From positions 1 through 64,000 of the IMG/VR virus record IMGVR_UViG_3300020469_000002: a stretch of DNA of 64,000 nt. The stretch is one strand, 5' to 3'. The translations under genes were made by a program, and so were the position numbers. The notes beneath the pieces were generated by a model. It was not told where the DNA came from. It made no database searches and saw nothing but the letters and a program-made list of their open reading frames with translations. The stretch's first letter is position 1; each line of letters opens with the position of its first letter. Below, piece by piece: positions 27,901 to 38,327 of this stretch. The stretch comes from a virus.

Positions 27901-27937
27901 TCGCTCACAGTGCGAGATTCGCGCTGTGAGCGATTCT
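27901..27937 (+). terminator. 15-bp stem hairpin after tail tube gene
   Basis: TCGCTCACAGTGCGA-GAT-TCGCGCTGTGAGCGA (one G-U pair), weak U tract. Confidence 0.6.
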
Positions 27938-28078
27938 GATCGCTGCACTGACGAATGATGCACGCTCGACGCTTGCGCTCACACAGCGAGCGGCGAGCGT
28001 CGCTTCTGCGCGTCTGCGGTATGTCGCTGGACTACATGCTCGGCAAACGCTACACTGCGACAACGCCCTGGAGGTGAA

Positions 28079-28576
28079 ATGTCTGAAGTGTCTCAGCCCG
28101 ATCAAGAGCCTACTGTTCCAGTCGATTTTCTCGACAACCTCGAAAAGCTGCTTTCAAAGCTGGTTCCACCGTCAAGCGTGACCGTGACGAAGTGCGATGG
28201 CACCGAAATCACGCTCCCTGGTGCAATCCCAGCACGACGACAGGTCGAGGTCTTCCGTTTGATGCGAGATCTCTCGGAGCAACCTGTTGTGAAACAAGCT
28301 CTCGCTGGTGCGGGCACCGGAGCAGCAGCGAGCATCGTTGACGCAATCCTTCTGTTGGCGATCGACATCGAAGTGGCAGAGTCGCTCGGAAAGATCTTCG
28401 ACGTTGCATACCCAGGGGTTTTGATCGACGAAGACGGCAACAGTCCAGAATCGATCGACGTAATGCCGATTGAGGAGATTGTGGTTGCCCTCGTCCCTTT
28501 TTCGGAGAGGTTCATTCGCAGGGTGGGGGGCGGGTTGTCCGTCCTCGCAGCGAGCGCGATGGACCTCAACGAGTAG
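28079..28576 (+). CDS. Tail assembly chaperone (G)
   Basis: Between tube and tape measure; GGAGG RBS. Confidence 0.75.
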   Translation: MSEVSQPDQEPTVPVDFLDNLEKLLSKLVPPSSVTVTKCDGTEITLPGAIPARRQVEVFRLMRDLSEQPVVKQALAGAGTGAAASIVDAILLLAIDIEVAESLGKIFDVAYPGVLIDEDGNSPESIDVMPIEEIVVALVPFSERFIRRVGGGLSVLAASAMDLNE

Positions 28577-28866
28577 AGATCGAAGACATCGAACGCGCGC
28601 TCGGGATGCTTTTTTCGAGCGGTTGGCGACTCGACGATGTTCTCGATCTTTCGTGGACTCAGATCACCGTCGTGGTCTCGTGCGTGTTGTCGTACAAGGT
28701 GGAGCAGGCGAATATCGTCACTGACGCTGTGACCACTGCTCTCGGCGGCAAAGTCGAGAAGAAAGGCTCGAAGCGAAAGCGCCCGAATCGAGCCAAGCAG
28801 CAGGAATCAAAAGACCGAGCCGTTCTCGCTCACTTTGCGAATCACGGATTCGACGTGGGTGTCTAA
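28495..28866 (+). CDS. Tail assembly chaperone -1 frameshift extension (GT)
   Basis: Slippery C CCT TTT at 28495-28501; -1 frame open 28474-28866; GWRLDDVLDLSW motif. Confidence 0.7.
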   Translation, partial: PFFGEVHSQGGGRVVRPRSERDGPQRVEIEDIERALGMLFSSGWRLDDVLDLSWTQITVVVSCVLSYKVEQANIVTDAVTTALGGKVEKKGSKRKRPNRAKQQESKDRAVLAHFANHGFDVGV

Positions 28867-28934
28867 TCCGATCCAGTCGAGACTTCACGAGTCTCGTTGG
28901 ATAGAGTGTGAGAGCACTCGAACGGAGACGGACA

Positions 28935-31900
28935 ATGGCCGATTCCACCATAGCCAAGCTGTTCGTCGAGCTTGGATTCAAGGACAAGGACTTCAAGAGG
29001 GGTCTGAAGAGCACGAAGTCCGGCTTGAAGAACATGGAGAAAGTCGGTCAACAGATCTCAGGGATCTTTGGCGGAATCGTCGTTCGCGCGTTCAAGGCTG
29101 CGACAGCTTCGATCACTGCTCTGGGCGCGGCGAGTGCTGTTGTTGGCGCGAAGTTCGAGCAGGAGATCACGACCGTTGCGGCTGTTTCTGGTGCGACCGC
29201 TGCCGATCTTGAAAGACTGACGAATACAGCGAGAGACTTCGGTTCGACAACCACGTACTCAGCGACACAGGCTGCGACCGCTATGCAGTCACTTGCTCGC
29301 GCGGGTATGGAAACGAACGAGATCATCACAGCTACTGGACCTGCACTGAACCTCGCTGGTGCATCCGGCGAAAGCATGTCTCTTGCTACTGAATCGCTCG
29401 CAGCGACGATGGCCCAGTTTTCACTCGACGCATCAGAAGCAGGTCGAGTCAGTGACGTGTTCGCAGAGGCTTTGCGTTCCTCTCTCTTCAATCTCGGTTC
29501 TCTCCGAGAGGCGATGAAGTACGCAGGTACCGTTGGTGCCGGCTTCAACATGACACTGGAAGAAACAGTCGCAGCGGTCGCTCAGTTCCGAGATCTTGGT
29601 CTCGAAGGCAGCATGGCTGGTACGCAGTTGCGAATGGCGATGTCTTCCGCGGCACGAGGAACGGAACGAAGCAAAGAGGCACTGAAGAAGCTCGGGCTGG
29701 TACAGGCACAGATCAACCCGACAATGAACACATTTTCAGAGATTCTAAAGACCGTCGGTGACGCCGGAATCCAAGCCGACGATGCGATCGCAATCTTCGG
29801 ATCACGCGCTGGCTCGAACATGGCACTGCTCGCAAAGCAGTTCGCAGCAGGCGGCGAGAAGTACAACGAGTTGCTTTCTAAGTTGGAGACATCAACGGGC
29901 ACTGCACAGCAGATGTTCGAGGAAATGACGGATACAGTGAGAGGTCAGTTCACGATCGCAAGAAGCGCGATGGAAGAGCTATTGATCTCCCTCTTCGACT
30001 CGTACAAAGGCCCACTCAAAGACGCTCTCAGTGCGGTTGCCGAGGTGATTCAAGACATCGCAACCGAGTTCAAACGATCAAGCGATCAAATCGCAGGTAC
30101 AGCCGAAAGTGTTTTCGGCAGCTTCGCGAGAGACATTCGAGCGAACAGCGAAGAAATCGCGAAGCAGTTTGTCTCCATCATTGAGTTTGTGACCACTCTG
30201 ATCGGAATGTTCGCGAGTCTTCGACCGATCGCGAAAGAGCTTTTCCTGATCATGACTGCGGTGTTTGCAGTCGGTCAAATCATCGTGTTCATGGCTGTTC
30301 TGGGACAGGCAGTTCTTGGCTTTCATTTGCTCAAAGCCGCAATAATCTCAACCGCAGCGACACTCACAGCGACAACAGGTGGGCTTTACGCGCTTGTGGT
30401 TGCGGTTGGAATTCTAATCACAACCGTCGGGGTGCTGACTGTCAAATACTCTTCTGCTGGTGCGGCGGCAGAGAGGCTGTCGAAAGCACAGGCGGAAATA
30501 GACAAGCAAAGAGCGAAAGAAGACGCTCTTGCGATGGAGGGTGCACAAAACGCTCAGACCATCACCGCAGAGCTAATGCGGCAGAAAGAGCTGGAGTTGA
30601 AGTCTCAGAATACTCTTACTGAGTCGTACTCTCGACAGTTGAAAATGCTCCAGAAGCTCAGTGCAGAGCAGCTTCGACAGAAAGAGCTTTCTGGTGAAGT
30701 CGTTCGAGTCAATCAAGATGGGCAGGAGGTCTTCAAGACTACCGCGATGCTCGTCGAAGAGGCTTCGAACGCGTCTCTCGGAAGCGCAGACGCGGCAGAA
30801 CAGCTTTCCGGAGCGATTCGGAATCTGCAACAGAGTTTCGCAGACAACTCAGCAGAGCTGGAAGCGGGTCACGCAGAGATTGACAAGTACGAAGAGGTGT
30901 TGGAGGCAACAGGCGGATCAGTCAAACTTGCCGGCGTAGAGTTGAAGTCATTTGGTGGTTCAGTCGAGAAAGCCACCAAGCAGATGGCGTTTCTCGGTGA
31001 GAAAAATCAGGTTCTCACAAAGACCTTTGAAGGGCTCGAAAAGAACATCAAGGAGACCCAACATTCTTTGGCGAGAGGAGAGGTTTCAAAGGCGTTGTTC
31101 GTCGAGGGAGAGAATGCAGAAGAGGCAGCGAAAAAGCTGAAGGAGTACCAAAAGGCACTGGATGCTGCTCGAAAGGCTCGGAAAGATCTCGTAGATCAGA
31201 TGTCGGAGGACTTCACTGCTACCTTCGAAACGGAAACACAAGCTCGTAGACGCGCACTGGACGAGCAGGTTGCTCTAATCGAGGAGACTTTCGCAAAAGA
31301 GATCGCTCTGGTCTCGAAAAACAAGGCTCTTGTTGAGACACTGGAGCGCCTGAAGCAAGACACGATTCTTCAAGCGAGAATCGTTGCCGGGCACGAGCAG
31401 CGAGACGAGACGCAATCTCAGGTAGACCAGCTTCTCGATATTCGCAGACATGAAGGTCTGTCTGAAAGCATGATGCGGGCAAAGAACCGCCAGTCCCAAC
31501 TTGAAGAAATGAAAGCCGCGTTCGTGATTGAAGCTGGACTTCATCAAGAGGGTTCTGCTGAAAGACAGGCGGTTCTGGTTCGCGAGCAAGAGGCTCTTTC
31601 TGTCCTTCGAAACCAGTTTCGCGCAGAAGATCTACGAATCGCGTCTGCGACAGCGAAAGAGACAGCGGAAGTAGTCGCAGGGATCGAGAAGCAGGTCACG
31701 CTCGAAAACGGTCACGAGTTGACCCGAATCAACATGGAGCTTGCAGACGCGAAGAAGTCGATTTCGAAAGGGTCAGCGGACGAGCTTGCTCGTGTAGACG
31801 AGATTTATGCTGATCGAGCGAAGAAGGTTGGTCAGCGAATCAAGGAAGATGCGAAGGCGATTACGGACTCGCGATACGCAGAGCAGCTTGCGTTGACGAG

Positions 31901-33662
31901 AGAGAAGGAAGAAGCACTCGCGAAGATTCCTGAAGAGTTTGGAGAAGAAAGACTCGCGGTATCGCAATTCTACGACCAGCAGATGCTCGCGCTGAAGGCA
32001 CAACAGAAAGAGGAGATGGAAGAACCGCCAGAACCGACAAAGTTTGAAGCGGCGATGAAGAAGATTGGGGAGGTCGGCAAGAAGACCTTCAAGGGCATCG
32101 CCAAGTCGGTCGAAGTGATGAAAAAAGCCGTGGACAGCGCCATGGCAGGATTCGGCAAGCTCAGAGGTGGCTTCGAAACACTAACGGGCATGAACGTCGA
32201 TCTCATGGGTGCTGTCACTGATGTGAACAGTTCAATGGAGAAGCGTCAGGAGCTTTCGGCACAGTTGGCCGCAGGAGAGATCTCGCAGGAGGACTACAAC
32301 GCGCAGATGGCTGATCTTCCGTCTTCTGCCAGCGAGGCAGCGACATCGTATGTCACTGAAATGGTCGAAGGCGCGGCTCAGATGGTCGAAACGCTTGTCG
32401 AGGTTGTCCCTGTAGTTGTGGACGCGTTCGTCGAAGCCTTGCCGGGTCTGGTGCAGAAGGTTGTCAACGCTGTACCCGTCCTCTTCGACGCGCTGATCAC
32501 CGCACTTCCCGTAATCATGGAAGCAGTGGGTAATGCTGTTCCGCATCTGATCAACACGTTCGCAGAAAAGCTCCCGCTGCTGATCCAAGCCTTCGTTGAC
32601 TCACTGCCAGATCTCGTCTCGAAGATCGCCGCTGCTCTACCGACACTGATCACCGCGCTCGCAGACGGTATCGGTCAGCTTGTCTCGATGCTTCCGCAGT
32701 TCATCGACGCGTTCCTGTCCGAGCTTCCAAGAATCATCACCGCTCTGTTCGACGCGCTGGACACGATCATTCTTGCGATAGTCGCTGCTTTGCCAGGAAT
32801 CTTGGACGCAATCATTTCGAATCTGCCCGAGATCATCGCTTCGATCATCAACGGTCTGATGGGATTCGTCACCATGGTTATTGGTGCAATCCCGCGAATC
32901 ATCAAGGCGGTGCTGTTCGCGATTCCAAAACTTATCGGTGCGATTCTCAATTCTGTTCCGCTGATCATACGAGGGTTCATTACGCTTCTTCCAGAACTGG
33001 TCACGAATCTCGTTCGGATTTTTCCTCGAATCGCAAGTGGTTTGATCGCTTTGATTCCAGGGATCGTGATCGCAGTGATCAACGCAATCCCCGAGATTGT
33101 GATGGCTCTGGTGACAGAGCTTATTCCAGCACTTTTGGAAGCGATTCCGAAGCTCGTTGTTCGCTTTCTCAAAATGCTTCTCAGATTCTTTCAGGACGTG
33201 TTCACTGAGATCGCAGGGTTCATCAAGCACCCAGCAAGTCCAAAGAAGCGACCGAAAACGAGAACATTCGGAGATACACCGGGAGCACTCGCGGTTGGGG
33301 CACGAGGTTTGAGAGCAGATTTCAGTCCCGGCGACTTCGTTGCAGCAGCACGAAACCCGATGAACCTTCTCGCGCAGGCTGTGTCAGCGGTGGGCTCTAC
33401 ACAGTATGTCCCTGGAAGACTTGCTCTTCCTCAAACGTCTGGTGGTCTCGACGAAGAGGCTTTGCAGCGAGTCGTGGGTGCCGCTCGCACCACTGAGCCT
33501 TTGCGAGTCACAGTGACAGCAGAGGGCCGAACGCTTGACGATGTTCTGCACGTCGCGTCTAAGCGCGGGACAGCCCCTCGCCTTTCGCGTATGGTCAAGC
33601 GAGCAACGCAAGCGGGCGCACATGTAGGATTCGATCGCGGGCGATACAGTCCCGCAAGCTGA
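28935..33662 (+). CDS. Tail tape measure protein (TP901-like core)
   Basis: T.YSATQAA..LARAG..GLEGSMAGT; coiled coils; ~11-aa LPxII repeats at ~32350-33230. Confidence 0.93.
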   Translation: MADSTIAKLFVELGFKDKDFKRGLKSTKSGLKNMEKVGQQISGIFGGIVVRAFKAATASITALGAASAVVGAKFEQEITTVAAVSGATAADLERLTNTARDFGSTTTYSATQAATAMQSLARAGMETNEIITATGPALNLAGASGESMSLATESLAATMAQFSLDASEAGRVSDVFAEALRSSLFNLGSLREAMKYAGTVGAGFNMTLEETVAAVAQFRDLGLEGSMAGTQLRMAMSSAARGTERSKEALKKLGLVQAQINPTMNTFSEILKTVGDAGIQADDAIAIFGSRAGSNMALLAKQFAAGGEKYNELLSKLETSTGTAQQMFEEMTDTVRGQFTIARSAMEELLISLFDSYKGPLKDALSAVAEVIQDIATEFKRSSDQIAGTAESVFGSFARDIRANSEEIAKQFVSIIEFVTTLIGMFASLRPIAKELFLIMTAVFAVGQIIVFMAVLGQAVLGFHLLKAAIISTAATLTATTGGLYALVVAVGILITTVGVLTVKYSSAGAAAERLSKAQAEIDKQRAKEDALAMEGAQNAQTITAELMRQKELELKSQNTLTESYSRQLKMLQKLSAEQLRQKELSGEVVRVNQDGQEVFKTTAMLVEEASNASLGSADAAEQLSGAIRNLQQSFADNSAELEAGHAEIDKYEEVLEATGGSVKLAGVELKSFGGSVEKATKQMAFLGEKNQVLTKTFEGLEKNIKETQHSLARGEVSKALFVEGENAEEAAKKLKEYQKALDAARKARKDLVDQMSEDFTATFETETQARRRALDEQVALIEETFAKEIALVSKNKALVETLERLKQDTILQARIVAGHEQRDETQSQVDQLLDIRRHEGLSESMMRAKNRQSQLEEMKAAFVIEAGLHQEGSAERQAVLVREQEALSVLRNQFRAEDLRIASATAKETAEVVAGIEKQVTLENGHELTRINMELADAKKSISKGSADELARVDEIYADRAKKVGQRIKEDAKAITDSRYAEQLALTREKEEALAKIPEEFGEERLAVSQFYDQQMLALKAQQKEEMEEPPEPTKFEAAMKKIGEVGKKTFKGIAKSVEVMKKAVDSAMAGFGKLRGGFETLTGMNVDLMGAVTDVNSSMEKRQELSAQLAAGEISQEDYNAQMADLPSSASEAATSYVTEMVEGAAQMVETLVEVVPVVVDAFVEALPGLVQKVVNAVPVLFDALITALPVIMEAVGNAVPHLINTFAEKLPLLIQAFVDSLPDLVSKIAAALPTLITALADGIGQLVSMLPQFIDAFLSELPRIITALFDALDTIILAIVAALPGILDAIISNLPEIIASIINGLMGFVTMVIGAIPRIIKAVLFAIPKLIGAILNSVPLIIRGFITLLPELVTNLVRIFPRIASGLIALIPGIVIAVINAIPEIVMALVTELIPALLEAIPKLVVRFLKMLLRFFQDVFTEIAGFIKHPASPKKRPKTRTFGDTPGALAVGARGLRADFSPGDFVAAARNPMNLLAQAVSAVGSTQYVPGRLALPQTSGGLDEEALQRVVGAARTTEPLRVTVTAEGRTLDDVLHVASKRGTAPRLSRMVKRATQAGAHVGFDRGRYSPAS

Positions 33663-33671
33663 GAGGAAACA

Positions 33672-36600
33672 ATGGCACTGCGATTCTGCGACGGTTTCGA
33701 GACCGGCATCGCGATCACTCTGTACAACGCAGATCTCGACGCAAACGGATGGCAGTTCAACTACGGACCTGCTGGTCCGCCAGATGCAGCGAGCACAAGC
33801 TCTCTGCGATGGACTCACACGTCAGGCTATGGCGGGGGCTCATACGCGCTTGCTCTCCCGTACAACGCTCGCGCACGAACGATGGCTATGCCAGCCCGCG
33901 GGGTGTTCACTCTGGAGTCTTTCGTCATCGCCTTCTGCTTTGCGATGGACGCTGACGCAGCGGGAATCACTGACAATCAAGATCTGGTTCGGGCACTCGA
34001 CACAAGCGGCACAGAGTACATCCGCGTGCGAACGAACGGGTCTTCTGACCCTGTTGCTCTGGACATCGAGGTCTATGACGGAGCTTCCTGGCAGAACGTC
34101 GGGTCTTCAACCGCTCAGTTTGAGGTCGGGAAGAAATACTGGCTCGCTCTCGAAGTTCAACGCGCAGCACTCGCACCGTTCATCGCAACAGCCAAGCTCT
34201 ACGTCGGGACTGAGACCACTGATCCTGTTGAAACAATCACTGGGACACCGCAGAACTTGAACAGCGCGCGAGAGCTTGGGTTCGTGCAGTGGAGAGGAAT
34301 CGTAAGCACGACGGGAGGGGGCAACGGAGACACCATCATCGACTCGACGTTCGTTTGGGACGACCCGACTGCCGATGCGACAAACGCTACTCAGCGACGA
34401 TGGTGGATCGATGGCTTCGAGGCTGAAGCAACGCAGGCGACTGACGGTCCCGGCACATGGTCTGCGCAAGGGGGCGCAGCAAGCATTGACGCGGCTGTGA
34501 GGACAAAGACTGGATCTGAGTGGGCTCAGATTCAAAGTGGCGCACCACACGGCGCGCAGATCAACACCCAAGCACTTCAGATCGCGAATGTTTCGACTGG
34601 ACTCGCCACGATTCTTGGGACAGTTCTTTGTGTTTCTGGCAAGGGGATCGTGTCTCAGTGTTCTGGGCAAACGCTGAAGCCGCTTGCTTGGCGTGGCGGT
34701 GCATACGAGCCGGTTGGGCCGACAGTGAGCGATGGATCAACCAACTCTCGATACATCACTGCCTTGTACGAGCTTGATCCGACAAGTACCGTCTGGACCA
34801 GATCTACATTCGATGATGCAAGCGGGATTTTGTATGCGAGCACATCTACCTCTGTGACCGCTCGATTCGAGCGATTCATCATCGAGCTTGCATGGAACGA
34901 TTTCAACGCGCCGGGCGGTCGCGTTCGTCCCACCTTTCCCGAGCCCAAGACGTTCCTGCTTCCGCATGATCGCAAGATGGTTCGCTCGAACACTTCGCTC
35001 AATCATGAAGATGGGGTGACCACGCCATCGCAGCTTGGCCCGTACATCGGCACGACTTTTCCCGCTTCGACAAACAGCGGCAACGTCATGCCTTTCCACA
35101 ACGCAGACTCTTGGGAAACGGGCGCGACAACCAAACATCCCGTCCCTACGGGATTCACGTATCGACTACAGGTCGCTGGCGGCGTGCTGTCTGCTGCTGA
35201 GTTTGCATGGAAGTTCTTGGAAGACGACGAGGCGCAGTACCGAGGCGAGATCGACATTCGGCATGAGTGTGATCACCACAATCCATGGTCAAACGACAAG
35301 CAGGCACACGCTCTGATCGCGGTCTACTCCAAGGCGTTCAATCGTCTGATCTGCGGTCGATACGAGGGCTTCGCATCGATCAACTATTGGTGGGAACTGA
35401 AGTACAAGTCCATCTCTAAGTCAGATCGCAGATCATGGGATGGCTCATTCTTCTACCCGAGTGCTGCTGGACTCGCGGCGTTTGGGTATGCGCCCGAACG
35501 TCTACCCGACACAGCGAACTGCTCGTGGGCGATCGCTTGGGAGACTCCAGATGGTGCTCTTCGAGTCGGGTACGTGTACAAAGCGTCGTTTTCATCTACA
35601 GCAGATTTGGACATTTGGGGGAGCGTAGATGGAGGCGAAACGTGGCAGATTCTCCGCGAGCGCGTTCTGTCTGAGACTTTCGGAAGAAATGTCCTTCCCA
35701 GCTACGTCACATGCGACACGAGTGGTGACTGGGTTCGCATCATGATCTTCGACACAGCATCCACTCCAAATGCTGGTCTCTGTACGATCGCGAGTAGTGA
35801 TCGAGGCGCATCGTGGAAGATCGTCAACGCATCAGCGGACGGTTTCGACGTGTTCCCGGGCAACTACATCAACTCGGTCCTTGGCGGTGCGAGCAGAGCA
35901 ACGAGCGACATCGTTGGGGTTGACAGTGTGGATGGGGCGTTCATTCGCGCGCGGTCGTACTGGGACGGCGTGAACCCTCTGACGAAGGAGCTTTACATTG
36001 ACTACGCAGCAGGAACAGATGATTTCGTGAACATCTGGGGGAGTCTCGTCACTCACCAGTGGGATTCTCGAAACCTTCAACGAGTACACGCGTTTCGCAC
36101 ATCGAACCATCTTGCGCTTCTCTTCGAGTACACAGACGGAACACGAGACGATTTCAAGCTCACCGGCTTGCTGATTCCACGAGACAAGGTTCTCAGTGGG
36201 CTTTGGACAGACGCTACAGATCAGCCGATCACAGATGAATGGACGATGTTTTCGTACCAGTTCAATCGCGGCGCGATGGGTCTGGACGACAACGTGTACA
36301 CAGCACCAATGCGGAATCGCATGGTTTGGGCGGGTGATTCCATCGCTCACGTTGCTGGTCTGTACTCGCAAGGCAGAAGCGCGGGCAGTCTCGCAGAAGA
36401 CTTTACATACGTCTCCTACTTGGGCGGCTGGGATCGACGAGCACTGCACATCTCAGAACCAGATGACATTGGAATCAGGGGCGGGTTCTTCGAAAAGAAG
36501 TTTTCGAGTCAGTTCGGGAACATTCAAGACTACAACACGCCATCATGGCTTGAAGCGTCAGCCGGAACACCCATTCTGACCTGGGACCCATTCGCTCTTC

Positions 36601-38327
36601 ATCTACGCACACCCGTGTCTTCGAGCATTTATTGGATCTCGTCTACTCTCACAACGGCGGTCACTGAGCACTTGGCAGACGAGAGCATCATTGTCTGGAC
36701 AATGAACTCGGGAGTCACGACCGCACTGACGGCTCCGACAAGCTCTGCCGACTACGACAAGCCGAAGCTGGGGATGTACACGACAGCAACAGCAAGCGCA
36801 GGAACAACGGTCCACATTGGTGTTCACTACACGACGACCGGAATCCACATCTACGATCAGTTTGCTGGGACAACGATCTACACTGACTCCACTACTGACT
36901 TCGAGCAAGAGCGAGAGTATCGTTTATCGCTTGCTTTTGGTCAGCGTATTGGACTTGGCGGTGTGAACTACTATGCGGAGTTTGCTCACAAAGCGAGAGG
37001 CGTTGATGAAGCATGGGTCGCATCTGGTCTTCTGACGCTCACGAATGGACACATCGCAGGTCACATTTCGGAGGTCATTCACTGGGGGCACATCCAAGCA
37101 CCTACCGGAACAACGACGTTCAGCAACTGGAGCGACGTTGCGTTTCAGCGTGACTGGCTCTCGAATCGACCTGGGTTCGTGAACCCGAGAGACTTGCGAG
37201 GGGCACAGCTTTCTCCATTCGCTCGACACTCCGCACAAGGGATTCATGTCGCATGGGGAGGCGGTGGCGGGTTCGTTGGCGACTACTGGTCTTCGAGAGT
37301 GAAGTATGAGTATGGGGTCGATCAGCTTGCTTCACCATCACCGAGCATGTTTTGGCAGACTGACGGCGCAGTCACCACGTCCATCATCTTTGACGCGTCT
37401 ACGAATGACCCGTCTTCTGCGACTCACGCTTCTGCGTTTCTTCACAATGCGACTGCAATCGTTGGATCAAACTTCCGAAAGTGTGTCGTCGAGTACGCGG
37501 CCACGACCAGCTTCGCGTCTCCGGTGTCTGCTCTACTGACGCTCGATGCGGCGGTTTTCACCTTGCGCGTGACCTCTGCATCAACAAACAGCGTGACGGT
37601 TGACAGAGCTACTGCCGCTGGAGATCTGCTTCGATCCAATATCTGTGCGGGCTGGTATGCCGAGATCTCGTACCCAACAGCAGGCGCGACTCTCGACGGT
37701 GAGGTTCTGAAGATTCACTCTACGTGGGATGACAAGATCACATTCGAGCAACCGCACGAATCGCTGAATCTTCTCGCAGGAGCAACACTGACGTTCTTCC
37801 CGTCAACGATGCTTCTTCCGTTTGAGAATATCGACTCGTCGTATGCTTCTGGAGTCGAGGCTCGATTCATGCGGCTGAAGCTCGACCCCAGCGTTGCGAA
37901 GCCGAGAAGCGGAGACGCAGGCTTTCGAGTCGGTCGAGTAGTCGCTGGCATGACGCTGCCAATCGACGTTCCGCTTGATTGGAAGTACAGAGACGAGCAA
38001 GAGTCGAACGTCGATCTTTTCACTGCTGATAGCGGGACTCGCAGTGCGTACCGACAGGGCAAAGAGCGCAGAGTGATTCGCGCAGACAGCATCGGAGACG
38101 TTGATCGATGGAGAGAATCGTTCCGCGGTACTATTCGAAAAGTCGCTGAGTACGAAGCGAACCCGATGGTGCTCGTGATGGACTCACTCAGCCCGAATGA
38201 CTCAATGCTGTATTCTCGTCTGGTCAGCAGCACTGAGCTTGAAAACGACGGCTGGCGGTACGATGGCGACAACACTCGCTGGTACTCGGTGGGTGATGTG
38301 TCTGCCATCTGGGAAGAGGAAGTCTGA
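33672..38327 (+). CDS. Large tail tip protein
   Basis: 1551 aa, beta-rich, SxDGGxTW Asp-box motifs, after tape measure. Confidence 0.75.
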   Translation: MALRFCDGFETGIAITLYNADLDANGWQFNYGPAGPPDAASTSSLRWTHTSGYGGGSYALALPYNARARTMAMPARGVFTLESFVIAFCFAMDADAAGITDNQDLVRALDTSGTEYIRVRTNGSSDPVALDIEVYDGASWQNVGSSTAQFEVGKKYWLALEVQRAALAPFIATAKLYVGTETTDPVETITGTPQNLNSARELGFVQWRGIVSTTGGGNGDTIIDSTFVWDDPTADATNATQRRWWIDGFEAEATQATDGPGTWSAQGGAASIDAAVRTKTGSEWAQIQSGAPHGAQINTQALQIANVSTGLATILGTVLCVSGKGIVSQCSGQTLKPLAWRGGAYEPVGPTVSDGSTNSRYITALYELDPTSTVWTRSTFDDASGILYASTSTSVTARFERFIIELAWNDFNAPGGRVRPTFPEPKTFLLPHDRKMVRSNTSLNHEDGVTTPSQLGPYIGTTFPASTNSGNVMPFHNADSWETGATTKHPVPTGFTYRLQVAGGVLSAAEFAWKFLEDDEAQYRGEIDIRHECDHHNPWSNDKQAHALIAVYSKAFNRLICGRYEGFASINYWWELKYKSISKSDRRSWDGSFFYPSAAGLAAFGYAPERLPDTANCSWAIAWETPDGALRVGYVYKASFSSTADLDIWGSVDGGETWQILRERVLSETFGRNVLPSYVTCDTSGDWVRIMIFDTASTPNAGLCTIASSDRGASWKIVNASADGFDVFPGNYINSVLGGASRATSDIVGVDSVDGAFIRARSYWDGVNPLTKELYIDYAAGTDDFVNIWGSLVTHQWDSRNLQRVHAFRTSNHLALLFEYTDGTRDDFKLTGLLIPRDKVLSGLWTDATDQPITDEWTMFSYQFNRGAMGLDDNVYTAPMRNRMVWAGDSIAHVAGLYSQGRSAGSLAEDFTYVSYLGGWDRRALHISEPDDIGIRGGFFEKKFSSQFGNIQDYNTPSWLEASAGTPILTWDPFALHLRTPVSSSIYWISSTLTTAVTEHLADESIIVWTMNSGVTTALTAPTSSADYDKPKLGMYTTATASAGTTVHIGVHYTTTGIHIYDQFAGTTIYTDSTTDFEQEREYRLSLAFGQRIGLGGVNYYAEFAHKARGVDEAWVASGLLTLTNGHIAGHISEVIHWGHIQAPTGTTTFSNWSDVAFQRDWLSNRPGFVNPRDLRGAQLSPFARHSAQGIHVAWGGGGGFVGDYWSSRVKYEYGVDQLASPSPSMFWQTDGAVTTSIIFDASTNDPSSATHASAFLHNATAIVGSNFRKCVVEYAATTSFASPVSALLTLDAAVFTLRVTSASTNSVTVDRATAAGDLLRSNICAGWYAEISYPTAGATLDGEVLKIHSTWDDKITFEQPHESLNLLAGATLTFFPSTMLLPFENIDSSYASGVEARFMRLKLDPSVAKPRSGDAGFRVGRVVAGMTLPIDVPLDWKYRDEQESNVDLFTADSGTRSAYRQGKERRVIRADSIGDVDRWRESFRGTIRKVAEYEANPMVLVMDSLSPNDSMLYSRLVSSTELENDGWRYDGDNTRWYSVGDVSAIWEEEV

